Origin: Myxococcota bacterium
GTDB taxonomy: Bacteria > Myxococcota_A > Polyangia > Nannocystales > Nannocystaceae
Assembly (NCBI GenBank): GCA_039028615.1
Contig: JBCCHT010000009.1
Coordinates: forward strand, 160,001-224,000
DNA length: 64,000 bases
Reading direction: 5' to 3'
Numbering within the stretch: position 1 is the first letter of the stretch; every line of letters starts with the position of its first letter. Below are positions 1-9,953 of the stretch, piece after piece. The position numbers were made by a program, and so were the translations under genes. The notes beneath the pieces were generated by a model that was not told the DNA's origin, did not search any database, and saw only the letters and a program-made list of their open reading frames with translations.

Positions 1-223
1 CCATGACGATGGAGATGTCGTAGACTCGCTCGAGATCGAAGAATCGCCCGTCGCTCTGGGGCGGGTCGGCGCCTTCGGTTTCGTCGCCGGAGGTCGTCGT
101 GTCGACGGCCGCCGTGGTGTCCGACTGGGCGGGCGGCGGCTCGTCGTCGCCGCGTTTGCACGCCGACGCCATCGCCACGAGCGACACCGCAATGCCCGGC
201 AGCGCCCTGCGAAGGCGTCTCAC
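1..223 (-). CDS. 5' part of a lipoprotein, possibly CotH-kinase family (runs off window start; not in ORF track)
   Basis: Own translation from GTG at 223: MRRLRRALPGIAVSLVAMASAC-KRGDDEPPPAQSDTT...FFDLERVYDISIVM. Basic N-terminus, hydrophobic stretch, lipobox-like Cys, low-complexity linker; FFDxxxVxxIxI resembles the CotH N-terminus. Confidence 0.5.
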   Translation of the reverse strand, partial: MRRLRRALPGIAVSLVAMASACKRGDDEPPPAQSDTTAAVDTTTSGDETEGADPPQSDGRFFDLERVYDISIVM

Positions 224-261
224 GCTAGCGAGTACACCACACCGACCCTTCGCGGGTCATT

Positions 262-501
262 TCAGTCCAGGATCTCCAGGTCGTCGAGGCTGAGGTCTTC
301 GACGACGGGGAGTCGGACGGTATCGGCAGGATCCGGGTCTGGCTCGGATTGAGGCGCATAGACTTCCGGTGGGTGCTCGGCCGTCGAGCGGGGATCGTGA
401 CTGACATCGAACGTGCCCGCGATGAGCACGTGGTTGGCGCTGCTTTTGAACAAAGGGGAGGCGAGCATCGGCAGTCCTCGGAAGGTTGGAGCGTGCTCCA
501 C
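262..501 (-). CDS. small acidic hypothetical protein
   Basis: ORF fills the gap between co-oriented genes; acidic C-terminus (VEDLSLDDLEILD); no recognisable motif; start uncertain. Confidence 0.3.
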   Translation of the reverse strand: MEHAPTFRGLPMLASPLFKSSANHVLIAGTFDVSHDPRSTAEHPPEVYAPQSEPDPDPADTVRLPVVEDLSLDDLEILD

Positions 502-575
502 CCCGTCCGGGTTACGTGGCGAACCCAGCGCCGGTCACTTTGTCGCGGATGTCACTACACGCCGCGCCTTGAAAC

Positions 576-1553
576 CTATTCGGGATAGCCCTGGGGAAAG
601 CGTTGGTGCCACTTCCAGGCGCTGTCGACGATGTCTCGCAGCTCGGGGAACTTGGGGGTCCAACCCAGTTCGGCGCGGATCTTGGTGCTGTCGGCGGTGA
701 GGGCGGCCGGGTCTCCGGGGCGTCGATCGGCCATCTCGTGGGGCACGGGGTGCCCGGTGACCGCACGTGCCGTCTCGATGACCTCCATCACGGAGAAGCC
801 CTGGCCGTTGCCGAGGTTGTAGACCCGGCTGCCTTCGTCGAGGGCGCGCAGCGCCAGGATATGGGCCTGCGCCAGGTCGATGATGTGGATGTAGTCGCGG
901 ATGCAGGTGCCGTCGCGCGTGGGGTAGTCGTTGCCGAAGACGAAGATCTTGTCGCGCTTGCCCTGGGCGACCTGGAGCACCAGCGGAATGAGGTGGGTCT
1001 CGGGGTCGTGATGCTCACCCCGATCGACGCTGGCCCCGGCGGCGTTGAAGTAGCGCAGGGCGGCGAAGCGCATGCCGTGCACCGTCTCCGTCCACTTCAG
1101 GATGCGCTCGAGCATGTGCTTGGACTCACCGTAGGGGCTGCCCGGGATGATGCGCTCGTTCTCGTCGATGGGCACCTTGCTCGGCTCACCGAAGAGCGCG
1201 GCGGTGGACGAGAGGATGAAGCGGCCGATGTTGCGCTCGACCATGCTCTCGATGAGGTTGAGGCCGTTGGTGACGTTGTCCCCCACGTACAGGAACGGCT
1301 TTTTCATCGACTCGCCGACCTGCGAGCGAGCGGCGAAGTGCATGACCGCATCGGGCTTGGTCTCGTCGAGCACCGCGTCCACGGCGGCTCGATCGGCGAG
1401 GTCACCCTCCACGAGCCGGGCCTTCGGGTGGACCGCGGCGCGGTGTCCGAGCGAGAGGTTGTCGAAGACCACCACCTCGGCGCCGGTCTCCACCAGCTGC
1501 TCGACCGTCACGCTCCCGATGTAGCCCGCGCCTCCAGTGACCAAGATCTTCAT
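576..1553 (-). CDS. galE: UDP-glucose 4-epimerase
   Basis: [14 protein letters not shown]ossmann start, HFAA, SSTAA, YGESK (YxxxK), [25 protein letters not shown]. Start moved to ATG at 1553. Confidence 0.95.
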   Translation of the reverse strand: MKILVTGGAGYIGSVTVEQLVETGAEVVVFDNLSLGHRAAVHPKARLVEGDLADRAAVDAVLDETKPDAVMHFAARSQVGESMKKPFLYVGDNVTNGLNLIESMVERNIGRFILSSTAALFGEPSKVPIDENERIIPGSPYGESKHMLERILKWTETVHGMRFAALRYFNAAGASVDRGEHHDPETHLIPLVLQVAQGKRDKIFVFGNDYPTRDGTCIRDYIHIIDLAQAHILALRALDEGSRVYNLGNGQGFSVMEVIETARAVTGHPVPHEMADRRPGDPAALTADSTKIRAELGWTPKFPELRDIVDSAWKWHQRFPQGYPE

Positions 1554-1643
1554 GCGAACGGCATCGTAGCAGCCAGCGGGTACCCCGGGGCGGACGGGGC
1601 CGCAGCGACCCATCGTGCGTTGGGTCGCGGGCAGGCTCTTCTT

Positions 1644-2840
1644 TTACAGGCCGAGGGCCTGCGGGGCGGAGGCGAAGTAGGCCTCGAGCTCGTCTCGCAG
1701 AGGCTGCTTGGCCTCGGGCGGAAGCCAGGCGCTGTCGATACCGCCCAGGGCGAGCTGGCGTAGCTGATCGAGCGTGGGATCGAGCCACTCGATGATCGCC
1801 AGGTAGTTCGCATCCGCATACCCGCCGAAGTACGCGGGGTCGTCGGAGTTGATGCACACCAACACCCCGTGGCCCTGCAGCTCGAAGAGGTTGGACTCGG
1901 TGGGATCGGGAAAGACCTTGAGCTCGAGGTTGGAGCGAGGGCAGACGGTGAGCGGGATGCGATGGGGCTCGCCGTAGGCGGCGAGGACCTCGGGGCCGTC
2001 CTGGGCCGTGGCGAGGAACTCGAGCAGCGCCGGGTCTTCGGTGGAGCGCACGCCGTGGTCGATGCGGGTGACCTTCAGCTCGCGCAGCGACGTCCAGATA
2101 TATGCGGGCGGGCCTTCCTCGCCTGCGTGTGCGGTGGGGAGCAGGCCTTCGCTCCGCGCCCGGGCGAAGACCTCGGTGAACAGCTCGGGAGGGTAGGGCG
2201 CTTCGTACGAGTCCAGCCCCAGGCCCACGATGCGCCGGTCGGCGGGCGCGTGGCGGTTGTGGTCGAGCACCTGCCCCAGCGTGGCCCAGGCGGTGGCCTC
2301 GGACAGCGATGCGCCGCTCCAGTCGCGATCCTTGGCGGCATCGCCCGCCTCACCCACCGGAGCGTCGCGCAACAAGCAGGCGATGAGCCGCACGTGGATC
2401 CCCGCGTCGATCGCCGGCTGCAGGCCGCTCCACAGGCCGCGGACCACGGTCGACATCGCAATGCCTCGACTGGTGTGGGTCTGGGGATCGAAGAAAATCT
2501 CGGCCACGCGAACCTGCTGCGCGATTAGGCGCTGGGCGTAGGCTTCTGCGAGATCGTGGAAGTCTCGTTCGTTCAGTATGGCGCCCGCGACCGCGTAGTA
2601 GACGTCGAGGAACTGGCCCAGGTCGTCGAAGCGGTAGGCCGCGCGCAGGTCATCGAGCTTCGCGTAGGGAAACGCTTTGGAACCCTGTTCGATGCCATTT
2701 CGTTGCGCCATGGCAAAGGCGAGTTCCGGCTCGAGCGTGCCTTCGATGTGCACGTGCAGGACCGTTTTGGGCATGTGCGCGATGAAGGTCTGCAGTCGCG
2801 TGGGGTCGACCGAGCGCAGCGATCGTGCATGACTGGACAT
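1644..2840 (-). CDS. adenosine/adenine deaminase family
   Basis: PKTVLHVHIEGTLEPEL, EIFFDPQTH, AHAGEEG, RIDHGV, LTVCPRSN, NSDDPAYFGGY metal-binding motifs. Confidence 0.92.
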   Translation of the reverse strand: MSSHARSLRSVDPTRLQTFIAHMPKTVLHVHIEGTLEPELAFAMAQRNGIEQGSKAFPYAKLDDLRAAYRFDDLGQFLDVYYAVAGAILNERDFHDLAEAYAQRLIAQQVRVAEIFFDPQTHTSRGIAMSTVVRGLWSGLQPAIDAGIHVRLIACLLRDAPVGEAGDAAKDRDWSGASLSEATAWATLGQVLDHNRHAPADRRIVGLGLDSYEAPYPPELFTEVFARARSEGLLPTAHAGEEGPPAYIWTSLRELKVTRIDHGVRSTEDPALLEFLATAQDGPEVLAAYGEPHRIPLTVCPRSNLELKVFPDPTESNLFELQGHGVLVCINSDDPAYFGGYADANYLAIIEWLDPTLDQLRQLALGGIDSAWLPPEAKQPLRDELEAYFASAPQALGL

Positions 2841-2904
2841 CGAGCCAACTGTATCGAAGTCGTGGGCCTGATATGATGATGTTTCCGGCCGAAAGAGGGA
2901 GGGG

Positions 2905-3474
2905 TTGATTCAAGGCAATCCGATCCGCGAGACCACGCGTCGTTTGATAGCGGAGCTCGATCGTCAAACGCTCGAGCTGGCGGAAGCAGGTGCGCGTAGA
3001 CACTCGCTGGACGCGACGGGCCAGGCCATGGCCGTCGCGGACACCCTCGAGCTATTGGCGGCGGCGCGGGTCTTGGCGCGGCTGGCGGGGCTGGATATCG
3101 GAGAAGAGCAGGCCGTTCGCCTGCTGCTGTATCGCTACGAAGTGCCCGAGGCGGTCCGAGAGCACGTGCTGGGGTTCGCAGCCGGCAGCGCGTCGTTCGA
3201 GCACGTGCAGGCGCTGTTCGTGCCCGGTCGCCAGGTCACCCGACACCTGTTTTGGGTGTTCGCCTCGCTGGCCTGCTTCGAGGGGCTGCGCGACGACGTG
3301 CGGGACCAGGTCGAGTCTTTGGGCTATCGGCTCGGGCTGGGCGCGGATCTCGTGCGCGTGCTCCTGCAAGAGGCCGAAGTCTCGGTGGCGGCCACCCTGC
3401 GGGGCGACGACGCCACTTTGCGTCGACTTCGCCAGCTCCGCTACGCGATCTTCGACTTCGGCATGTCGTCCTGA
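2905..3474 (+). CDS. hypothetical helical protein, possibly TerB-like
   Basis: Protein-like ORF filling the intergenic space; LA..EG...E..V..LG..LGL pattern is weakly TerB-like. Confidence 0.5.
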   Translation: MIQGNPIRETTRRLIAELDRQTLELAEAGARRHSLDATGQAMAVADTLELLAAARVLARLAGLDIGEEQAVRLLLYRYEVPEAVREHVLGFAAGSASFEHVQALFVPGRQVTRHLFWVFASLACFEGLRDDVRDQVESLGYRLGLGADLVRVLLQEAEVSVAATLRGDDATLRRLRQLRYAIFDFGMSS

Positions 3475-3532
3475 CACCGTCCGCATCGGCGTCGATCGAC
3501 AAGCGGCGCCGGGTCGGTGAACATGGCGTTCG

Positions 3533-5230
3533 ATGGCAGGCCTGCTCGACGCCCTGAAGAAGGACCGTATCGTCGCGGAACCCGGCTACAACCGCTGGAA
3601 GGTCCCGCCCGCCTCGATCTCGATTCACCTGTGCATCGGCTCGGTCTATGCCTGGAGCATCTTCAACCCCCCGCTGACCCGGGCGCTGGGGGTGGTGGGA
3701 AGCTCGGCCGACGACTGGGACCTCAGCGCGGTCGTCTGGATCTTCTCGGTCGCCATCGTGTTCCTGGGCCTCACCGCGGCGGTGGCCGGGCGCTGGCTCG
3801 AGCAGGTCGGCCCGCGCATGGTCGGGGTGGCGGCCGCGTGCTGCTGGGGCGGCGGCTTCTTGCTCGGCGGCCTGGGCATCACCACCCACCAGCTGTGGCT
3901 GCTCTATCTCGGCTATGGCGTGCTCGGTGGGGCCGGCCTCGGCCTAGGCTACGTGTCGCCGGTCAGCACCCTCATTCGCTGGTTTCCCGACCGCCGCGGC
4001 ATGGCCACGGGCATGGCGATCATGGGCTTCGGGGGAGGAGCGATGATCGCCGCGCCGCTCAAGGAGTGGCTGCTGGGGCTCTACTATCGGGCGCCCGATT
4101 ATCTCGGCCCCACCGACGAGGTCTCGCTGGTCACCGAAGGCGGGCGGCGCCTGGCCGAGGTGGCGGGGCAGCTACGCGAGGTCGTGGTGGTCGGGGCAGG
4201 CGACGTGGCGGCGATGGCCCAGCCTGGCCCCGAGGGGGTCTACGTGGTGGGGACGGGCTCCACTGGCGTGGCGTCGACCTTCTTCACCCTCGGGCTCGTC
4301 TACTTCGTGGTCATGCTGGTGGCCTCGTTCTCCTATCGGGTGCCGCCGCAGGACTGGACCCCCGAGGGCTGGACGCCGCCCTCGGACGACCGAGCGTCGC
4401 GCAAGATGATCACGCGACACCACGTCGACATCGACCAGGCGCTCAAGACCCCGCAGTTCTACCTGCTGTGGATCGTGCTGTGCTTCAACGTGACCGCGGG
4501 CATCGGCGTGCTCGGGGTCGCCAAGACCATGATGAGCGAGATCTTCGGCAGCACGCTGCCGCACGTGGTCGACGGCGCGTTCGCGGCCACCTACGTGCTG
4601 ATGATCTCGGTCTTCAACATGGCGGGGCGCTTCGCCTGGGCGAGCCTGTCGGACTGGATCGGCCGCAAGACCACCTACACCGTGTTCTTCGTGCTGGGCA
4701 CGGCGCTGTACCTCAGCATTCCCTATGCCGCGCAGCAGGTGAGCGCGTCGCCGGCCGTCGAGTGGTTGGTGCTCTTTTATGCGGCCACGATGATCATCTT
4801 CACGATGTACGGCGGGGGCTTTGCCACCATCCCCGCGTACCTCGCCGACATCTTCGGCACGCGCTTCGTGGGGGGCATCCACGGACGGCTGCTCACCGCC
4901 TGGAGCACGGCCGGGGTGTTGGGTCCCTTGGCGATCACTTCGCTGCGGGCGGGCTCCATGCGCAATGCCATCAGCGACCTGTCGACCAAGGTCGACCCGG
5001 CCGCGTTCGAGGCCAAGTTCGGGGCCGGCCTGGACCAGCTGGATGCGCTGGTCGAGGCGAAGACGGTGACCATCGCCAAGCTCATGGAGCTGGCGCCGCC
5101 CGGGACCGCCGACCCCTCGAGCACGCTGTACAACACCACCATGATGGTCATGGCGGGGCTGCTGGTGGCGGCGTTGGTGGCCAACCTGATGGTCAAGCCA
5201 GTCGACGCCAAGCACCACCTCGAGGAGTGA
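3533..5230 (+). CDS. MFS transporter, oxalate/formate antiporter (OFA) family
   Basis: HLCIGSVYAWSIFN, GLGLGYVSPVSTLIRWFPDRRGMATG, GGGFATIPAYLADIFG, IHGRLLTAWS; about 12 hydrophobic segments. Confidence 0.92.
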   Translation: MAGLLDALKKDRIVAEPGYNRWKVPPASISIHLCIGSVYAWSIFNPPLTRALGVVGSSADDWDLSAVVWIFSVAIVFLGLTAAVAGRWLEQVGPRMVGVAAACCWGGGFLLGGLGITTHQLWLLYLGYGVLGGAGLGLGYVSPVSTLIRWFPDRRGMATGMAIMGFGGGAMIAAPLKEWLLGLYYRAPDYLGPTDEVSLVTEGGRRLAEVAGQLREVVVVGAGDVAAMAQPGPEGVYVVGTGSTGVASTFFTLGLVYFVVMLVASFSYRVPPQDWTPEGWTPPSDDRASRKMITRHHVDIDQALKTPQFYLLWIVLCFNVTAGIGVLGVAKTMMSEIFGSTLPHVVDGAFAATYVLMISVFNMAGRFAWASLSDWIGRKTTYTVFFVLGTALYLSIPYAAQQVSASPAVEWLVLFYAATMIIFTMYGGGFATIPAYLADIFGTRFVGGIHGRLLTAWSTAGVLGPLAITSLRAGSMRNAISDLSTKVDPAAFEAKFGAGLDQLDALVEAKTVTIAKLMELAPPGTADPSSTLYNTTMMVMAGLLVAALVANLMVKPVDAKHHLEE

Positions 5231-5233
5231 GGG

Positions 5234-5881
5234 TCAGCTCGCGTTGGCGTGGGGGTCGGGCATGATGTCGATCGAGGGCGGGTAGACCTCGCGGAAGGCG
5301 GGACGCTCGGACAGCCGGGCCAGGTAGGCGCCCAGCGTAGCGTTCGACTCCAGCAGCCCGTGCATCTTGGCCCAGACCAGCGAGTGTCCGACGCAGATGT
5401 CGGCGACGGAGAAGGCCTCGCCGAGCAGGTAGGGCCCGTCGCCGAGCGAGCGGGCGATGCGGTCGGCTCGCGTGTTCCACTTGTCGACGGTCTCGGCCAC
5501 CAACTGCGGGTCGCGCTGGGCCGGGGGCCGAAAGAGGCGATGGGCGTTGAGGGTGGCGAGCAGGTGATCGAGCTCGGCGGGGGCAAAGACCGCCCACTGC
5601 AGAGCGGACCGCCACGCGGCCGTGCCCACCTCGGGGAGTAGGGGGGTCCCCGTCGAGGCGATGAGCGCCAGCGCCGAGGACTCGACCACTGGCTGCCCGT
5701 CGAATACGGCCGTCGGCACCACGCCCAGGGGGTTTACGGCGAGGTAGGCCTCGGATTTCTGCTCCCCCGCGAACACGTCGACCTGATGGGGTTCGTAGGA
5801 CAGACCCGCCTCGACAAAAGCCCAGCGGGCACGGGCGGAGCGGGTGGGTTGGGGGGAGAAGTACAGATCGGGAGTGCTCAT
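5234..5881 (-). CDS. glutathione S-transferase family protein
   Basis: RSAR, YLAVNPLGVVP, ESSAL, YLLGEAFSVADI, RPAF motifs; ATG at 5881. Confidence 0.9.
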   Translation of the reverse strand: MSTPDLYFSPQPTRSARARWAFVEAGLSYEPHQVDVFAGEQKSEAYLAVNPLGVVPTAVFDGQPVVESSALALIASTGTPLLPEVGTAAWRSALQWAVFAPAELDHLLATLNAHRLFRPPAQRDPQLVAETVDKWNTRADRIARSLGDGPYLLGEAFSVADICVGHSLVWAKMHGLLESNATLGAYLARLSERPAFREVYPPSIDIMPDPHANAS

Positions 5882-5884
5882 GGA

Positions 5885-5932
5885 TTTAGCTTTCAAAATG
5901 AAAGCTAAAATTATAACTTGCGATTTGCAATC
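5885..5932. promoter_or_regulatory. two palindromic operator candidates in the divergent GST/HxlR promoter
   Basis: Perfect inverted repeat TTTAGCTTTCA-AAA-TGAAAGCTAAA (5885-5909) and imperfect ACTTGC-N5-GCAATC (5916-5932) in an AT-rich spacer of about 80 bp. Confidence 0.7.
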
Positions 5933-5960
5933 TAATTAATCGAGCTAGACTGGCGTCGCC

Positions 5961-6359
5961 ATGGAGCGGCGATCCGATTGCCCCATCAGCTTCGCGCTGG
6001 ATCTCTTCGGCGATCGGTGGAGCCTGCTCGTGGTGCGCGACCTGGCGCTCAAGGGCAAGCACTCGTTCTCCGAGCTGGCTGCCTCCGACGAGGGCGTCGC
6101 GACCAACGTGCTGTCCGATCGCCTGGCGCGACTCGAAGAGGCGGGCGTCATCCTCAAGTCGCGCGATCCGGCCGACGGGCGGCGCTATGTCTATCGGTTG
6201 TCGGGGGCGGGCAAGGACCTGCTGCCCGTGCTCGTGGAGCTCATCGTCTGGAGTGCGACGCACGACGACGCCACGGCGGCCCCGGCCTCGTTCGTGCGTG
6301 CGGCGAAGCGCGACCGCGAGGGCCTGCTTCGCCGCCTGCGCGCCTCGCTCGACGACTGA
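5961..6359 (+). CDS. HxlR/DUF24 family winged-helix transcriptional regulator
   Basis: RSDCPISFALDLFGDRWSLLVVRDL, FSEL, ATNVLSDRLARLE, YRLSGAGKDL; N-terminal Cys typical of redox/electrophile sensors. Confidence 0.92.
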   Translation: MERRSDCPISFALDLFGDRWSLLVVRDLALKGKHSFSELAASDEGVATNVLSDRLARLEEAGVILKSRDPADGRRYVYRLSGAGKDLLPVLVELIVWSATHDDATAAPASFVRAAKRDREGLLRRLRASLDD

Positions 6360-6379
6360 GCGGGGGTGGGCTCAGCCGC

Positions 6380-6862
6380 CTACGGGTTGTTCTTGGCCCA
6401 CTGCGGCAGTCGCGTGGTGACGACCCGGGTGCCGCTCCAGGAGTCGTGCCACATGCGCCCGCTGCTGCTGAACGCGGAGAACGCCTCGAAGGGCACGAGG
6501 CGAGCGAAGCTGCGGCCCAGCACCTTGAGGAAGGTGGGCGCGCTGCCGTCGTCGGTGACGACCCGAGTGCCCGCCAGATACTTGCCCGGGGTGCGGCCGA
6601 GCGTGGTCTCGAACAAGACGTAGTAGGTGACCATGAAGATCACGCCGAGCACGAAATCGGGGACGCTCATGAGGGCCTCGGCTCCGCCGATGATCGCGAG
6701 GCCGAAGCCCGCGATGAAGCCGAAGATCATCGTGCCGATATAGTCGATGATGAAGGTCAGGAAGCGCTGACCCGTGGATGCATCGATGAGTTCGGGGTGA
6801 TCGTCTTGCGGGGTGTACTCGGACTCCGCCTGCGGGGCGGCGTATGGATTGGGGGCTTCCAT
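6380..6862 (-). CDS. RDD family membrane protein
   Basis: NPYAAP, ASTGQRFLTFIIDY, GRTPGK, RSFARLVP, WHDSWSGTRVV. Start trimmed to ATG at 6862. Confidence 0.88.
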   Translation of the reverse strand: MEAPNPYAAPQAESEYTPQDDHPELIDASTGQRFLTFIIDYIGTMIFGFIAGFGLAIIGGAEALMSVPDFVLGVIFMVTYYVLFETTLGRTPGKYLAGTRVVTDDGSAPTFLKVLGRSFARLVPFEAFSAFSSSGRMWHDSWSGTRVVTTRLPQWAKNNP

Positions 6863-7037
6863 CCAGCCAGGGGTCGCCGAACCTCGCGCACTGTCAAGCC
6901 GAGCGTCCTCGATCGGCGCGATCGTGCCGGGCCGCGGGTCCGATCGGGCGGTCGGCCGAACCGAGGCGACGAGCGGCGCCATCGAACCCCGTGTGTCGGG
7001 TGTGGGGGCCGGGTTCGACGACGAGACGTGATCGGCC

Positions 7038-9953
7038 ATGCACGGCCTCCGGACGAGCGTTGCCGCTGCCGGCCGGCGGCCCGTATGCTGGGACGCGACC
7101 GTGGCCGACACGCCGGAACCCGAGCGCTCGCTCGCGACGATCCTGAGCGAGCTACGACCCGAGGCGTCCGGGCTGGGCGCGCGGCAGACCAAGGCGAAGG
7201 TGCTCGAGCGATTCGGGGCCGCCACCGCGCCCAGTCGCCTCGATCGCTACACGATCCTGCACGAGCTGGGTCGTGGCGGCTGGGGAGTCGTGTACGCCGC
7301 GTACGACACTCGGCTGCAGCGAAGGGTGGCGCTCAAGTTGTTGCATGAGCGGCTGACGGGCGAGCGCCCCGACCAGCTGCTGCACGAGGCTCAGGCCATG
7401 GCTCGCCTGTCCCATCGCAACGTGGTGGCCGTGCACGACGTGGGGGAAGACGACGGCCAGATGTTCGTGGTGATGGACCTGGTCGAAGGGGTGAGCATGC
7501 ATCAGTGGCTCGCCCGGAAGCGCCCGCCCTGGCCCGCCATCGTGGAGCGCTTCATCGAAGCGGGCCGCGGTCTGCAGGGCGCCCACGAGGCGGGGTTGGT
7601 GCACCGGGACTTCAAGCCCTCCAACGTGTTGATGGGCGATGATGGTCGCGTGCAGGTCACCGACTTCGGGGTGGCCGCGCGTCAGGTCGATCTGCAGGGC
7701 CCGCGGGCGCCCGCGGGCACGGTGGGACTGCAGGCGCCCGAGATCCTCGCCGAGGGGCCAGTGGGGGCGGCGGCGGATCAGTTCAGCTTCTGCGCGTCGC
7801 TGCGGCAGGCCCTCGAGACCGCGTCGGGACCCTCGGCGCCCCCGTGGCTCGAGCACGTCATCGCGCGCGGGGTCCAGGAGCGGCCCGAGGATCGCTGGCC
7901 TTCGATGCAGGAGCTGCTCGATGCGCTCGACGATCGGCTGCGTGGCGGTGCGCGTCGGCGGCAGGCGATCGGGCTCGGCGCGCTGGGGGCGGTGACCATG
8001 GCCGGAGCGGTGGGTCTATGGGCGGGGGCGGCCCCGACCGCGTGCGAGAGTGCGGCCACGGGCACACGAAACTCGGTGCAGGCGGCCGATGCTTCGATTC
8101 GACAGGCCTTCGTCACCGCGTCGCCCGAGCGTGGTGAAGCGCGGTGGAACGCCGCGCGGACCCGTCTCAATGCGTTTGCCCGTGAGATCGGCGATCAGCG
8201 GCTCGATGCCTGCGCCGAGCCTCCGACCGACGACGAGCGGCGTCGACAGATCTGCCTCGATCGGCGCGGGTGGGAGCTCGACTCGTTGCTCGATGTCCTG
8301 CAGAGCGCCGAGCCAGGGGTGGTGGAGCACGCCACCATGGCGGTCACGCTGCTGGTCGAAGGCCGACCGTGCACCGATGCGGTGGTGGGGCCTCCCTTGC
8401 CCACGCGGGAGCAGTACACCCGCACGCTGCCGGCCCAGCAGCGACTGGCCCGCGCCAAGGAACTCCAGCACGCGGGGCAGTACGCCGCCGCGCTCGAGCA
8501 AGCCGAGGTCGCGCTGAGCGGGGCCGAAGGGGCGGGCTACGAACCATTGGTGGCCGAGGCGGGCTACCGCCGTGCGATCCAGCTGGTGTTCTTGGGCCGC
8601 TACGCGGAGGCACGCGAGCAGCTCGTGCGCACCTTGGCGTCGGCCGAGCGAGGTCGTCACGACCACTTCGTGAGCTGGTCGCAGATCCTGCTGGCCTCGG
8701 TCGATGGCTTCTATCGGGGCCAGCCTGCGGCTGGTCGAGCGTGGGCCGAAGCGGCGCGTGCCAGCATCTCGGGTCTCGATGACGATCCGTTGTTGCTGGG
8801 GGCATTGCTCGGCACGCAGGGCGCCATCGCTCGAGCCGAAGGCGACTACACGCGGGCGCTCGACTACGCCGAGCGGGCGCTCGCCGCTCGTCGGGCGTCG
8901 CTGCCCGAGCACCACCCGTATGTGGGGGCGGCCCTGCTGCTCGTGGGGAACGTGCGCTACGAGAGGGGAGAACACGACGCCGCGCTGGATGTCTACGAGC
9001 AGGCGCTGGCCATTCGTACCGACGCGTTGGGCCCCGATCACTCCGAGACCGGCGTGGCCCACAACAACGTGGCCTTGCCCTTGATGGCGCTGCAACGAAC
9101 GCAAGAGGCCGACGCCCACCTGCGACGGGCCCTGGAGATCTGGTCGCGCACGCCCAGCGACGTGATGCACGTGCTGCGGGCTCGCTACAATCGGCTTCAG
9201 ATCGCGATCACCGAGCGACGACTCGAACAGGCCCACCAGGGGCTCGCGGCGCTGCGGGACGACATCGAGGCCCAGGCGCCCGACAACCTCGGCTTGCTCG
9301 CCAACACCGAGACGTCACTGGCCTCCGTGTCGATCGAGCGAGGGGACTTCGAGGGGGCGCGGCGCCACCTCGAGGCCGCGCGGGCGCGGACGCCCGCCGA
9401 GCACCCCGGGCACGGAGACATCGAAGGCCGGCTAGGGGAGCTCGCGCTCGCGCAACGAGACTTCGCTCGGGCGCGGACCCACTCGAGCCGGGCTCTCGAG
9501 ATCGCCCGCGTTTCCTACGAAGCCGAGGCGCCCGCGGTGCTCGGGGCCCGGGTGGCGTTGGCGTCTGCGGAGTGCGAAGGGGGCGAGCTCAATGCCGCCG
9601 CGCTGGCCGAGCTCATGGTGCTGCGGGAGCTGGCCGGGCACGCGCCGTCGGCTCCGCTGCGCCGAATCGACGTCGACCAACGGATCGTGCGCTGTCACGT
9701 CGCGGGAGGGCGACCCGAGGATGCTCGGGCATGGTTCGCGAAGCTCGAGGAGCCCACGCCCGACGAGCCGGCGTTCGATGTCTCGAGTCGGGCGCTGGCC
9801 GAGCTGTGGTCGCTGCAGGCCGAGCGGGCGTTGGGCTCGCTGGGCACCGACTGCGCCGCCCGTCTGAAGCGGGTCGAGCTCGCCCTCGGCCCGTCCCGGC
9901 CGCGCTACGCCTCCTGGCTCGATGAGCTTCGCGAGTGTGATACGAATCGGTGA
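7038..9953 (+). CDS. membrane Ser/Thr protein kinase with C-terminal TPR repeats
   Basis: LGRGGWGVVY, VALK, HRDFKPSN, DFG, APE, DQFSFC; one TM segment, then kinesin-light-chain-like TPRs (LGPDHSETGVAHNN). Start uncertain. Confidence 0.92.
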   Translation: MHGLRTSVAAAGRRPVCWDATVADTPEPERSLATILSELRPEASGLGARQTKAKVLERFGAATAPSRLDRYTILHELGRGGWGVVYAAYDTRLQRRVALKLLHERLTGERPDQLLHEAQAMARLSHRNVVAVHDVGEDDGQMFVVMDLVEGVSMHQWLARKRPPWPAIVERFIEAGRGLQGAHEAGLVHRDFKPSNVLMGDDGRVQVTDFGVAARQVDLQGPRAPAGTVGLQAPEILAEGPVGAAADQFSFCASLRQALETASGPSAPPWLEHVIARGVQERPEDRWPSMQELLDALDDRLRGGARRRQAIGLGALGAVTMAGAVGLWAGAAPTACESAATGTRNSVQAADASIRQAFVTASPERGEARWNAARTRLNAFAREIGDQRLDACAEPPTDDERRRQICLDRRGWELDSLLDVLQSAEPGVVEHATMAVTLLVEGRPCTDAVVGPPLPTREQYTRTLPAQQRLARAKELQHAGQYAAALEQAEVALSGAEGAGYEPLVAEAGYRRAIQLVFLGRYAEAREQLVRTLASAERGRHDHFVSWSQILLASVDGFYRGQPAAGRAWAEAARASISGLDDDPLLLGALLGTQGAIARAEGDYTRALDYAERALAARRASLPEHHPYVGAALLLVGNVRYERGEHDAALDVYEQALAIRTDALGPDHSETGVAHNNVALPLMALQRTQEADAHLRRALEIWSRTPSDVMHVLRARYNRLQIAITERRLEQAHQGLAALRDDIEAQAPDNLGLLANTETSLASVSIERGDFEGARRHLEAARARTPAEHPGHGDIEGRLGELALAQRDFARARTHSSRALEIARVSYEAEAPAVLGARVALASAECEGGELNAAALAELMVLRELAGHAPSAPLRRIDVDQRIVRCHVAGGRPEDARAWFAKLEEPTPDEPAFDVSSRALAELWSLQAERALGSLGTDCAARLKRVELALGPSRPRYASWLDELRECDTNR

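Noticed and set aside
3517..5265. 582-aa Arg/Gly-rich ORF overlapping the MFS gene (and similar ORFs at 11600-13459 and 33513-35150)
   Set aside because: Alternative-frame artefacts of GC-rich coding sequence; composition is R/G/A/P-dominated with no domains.
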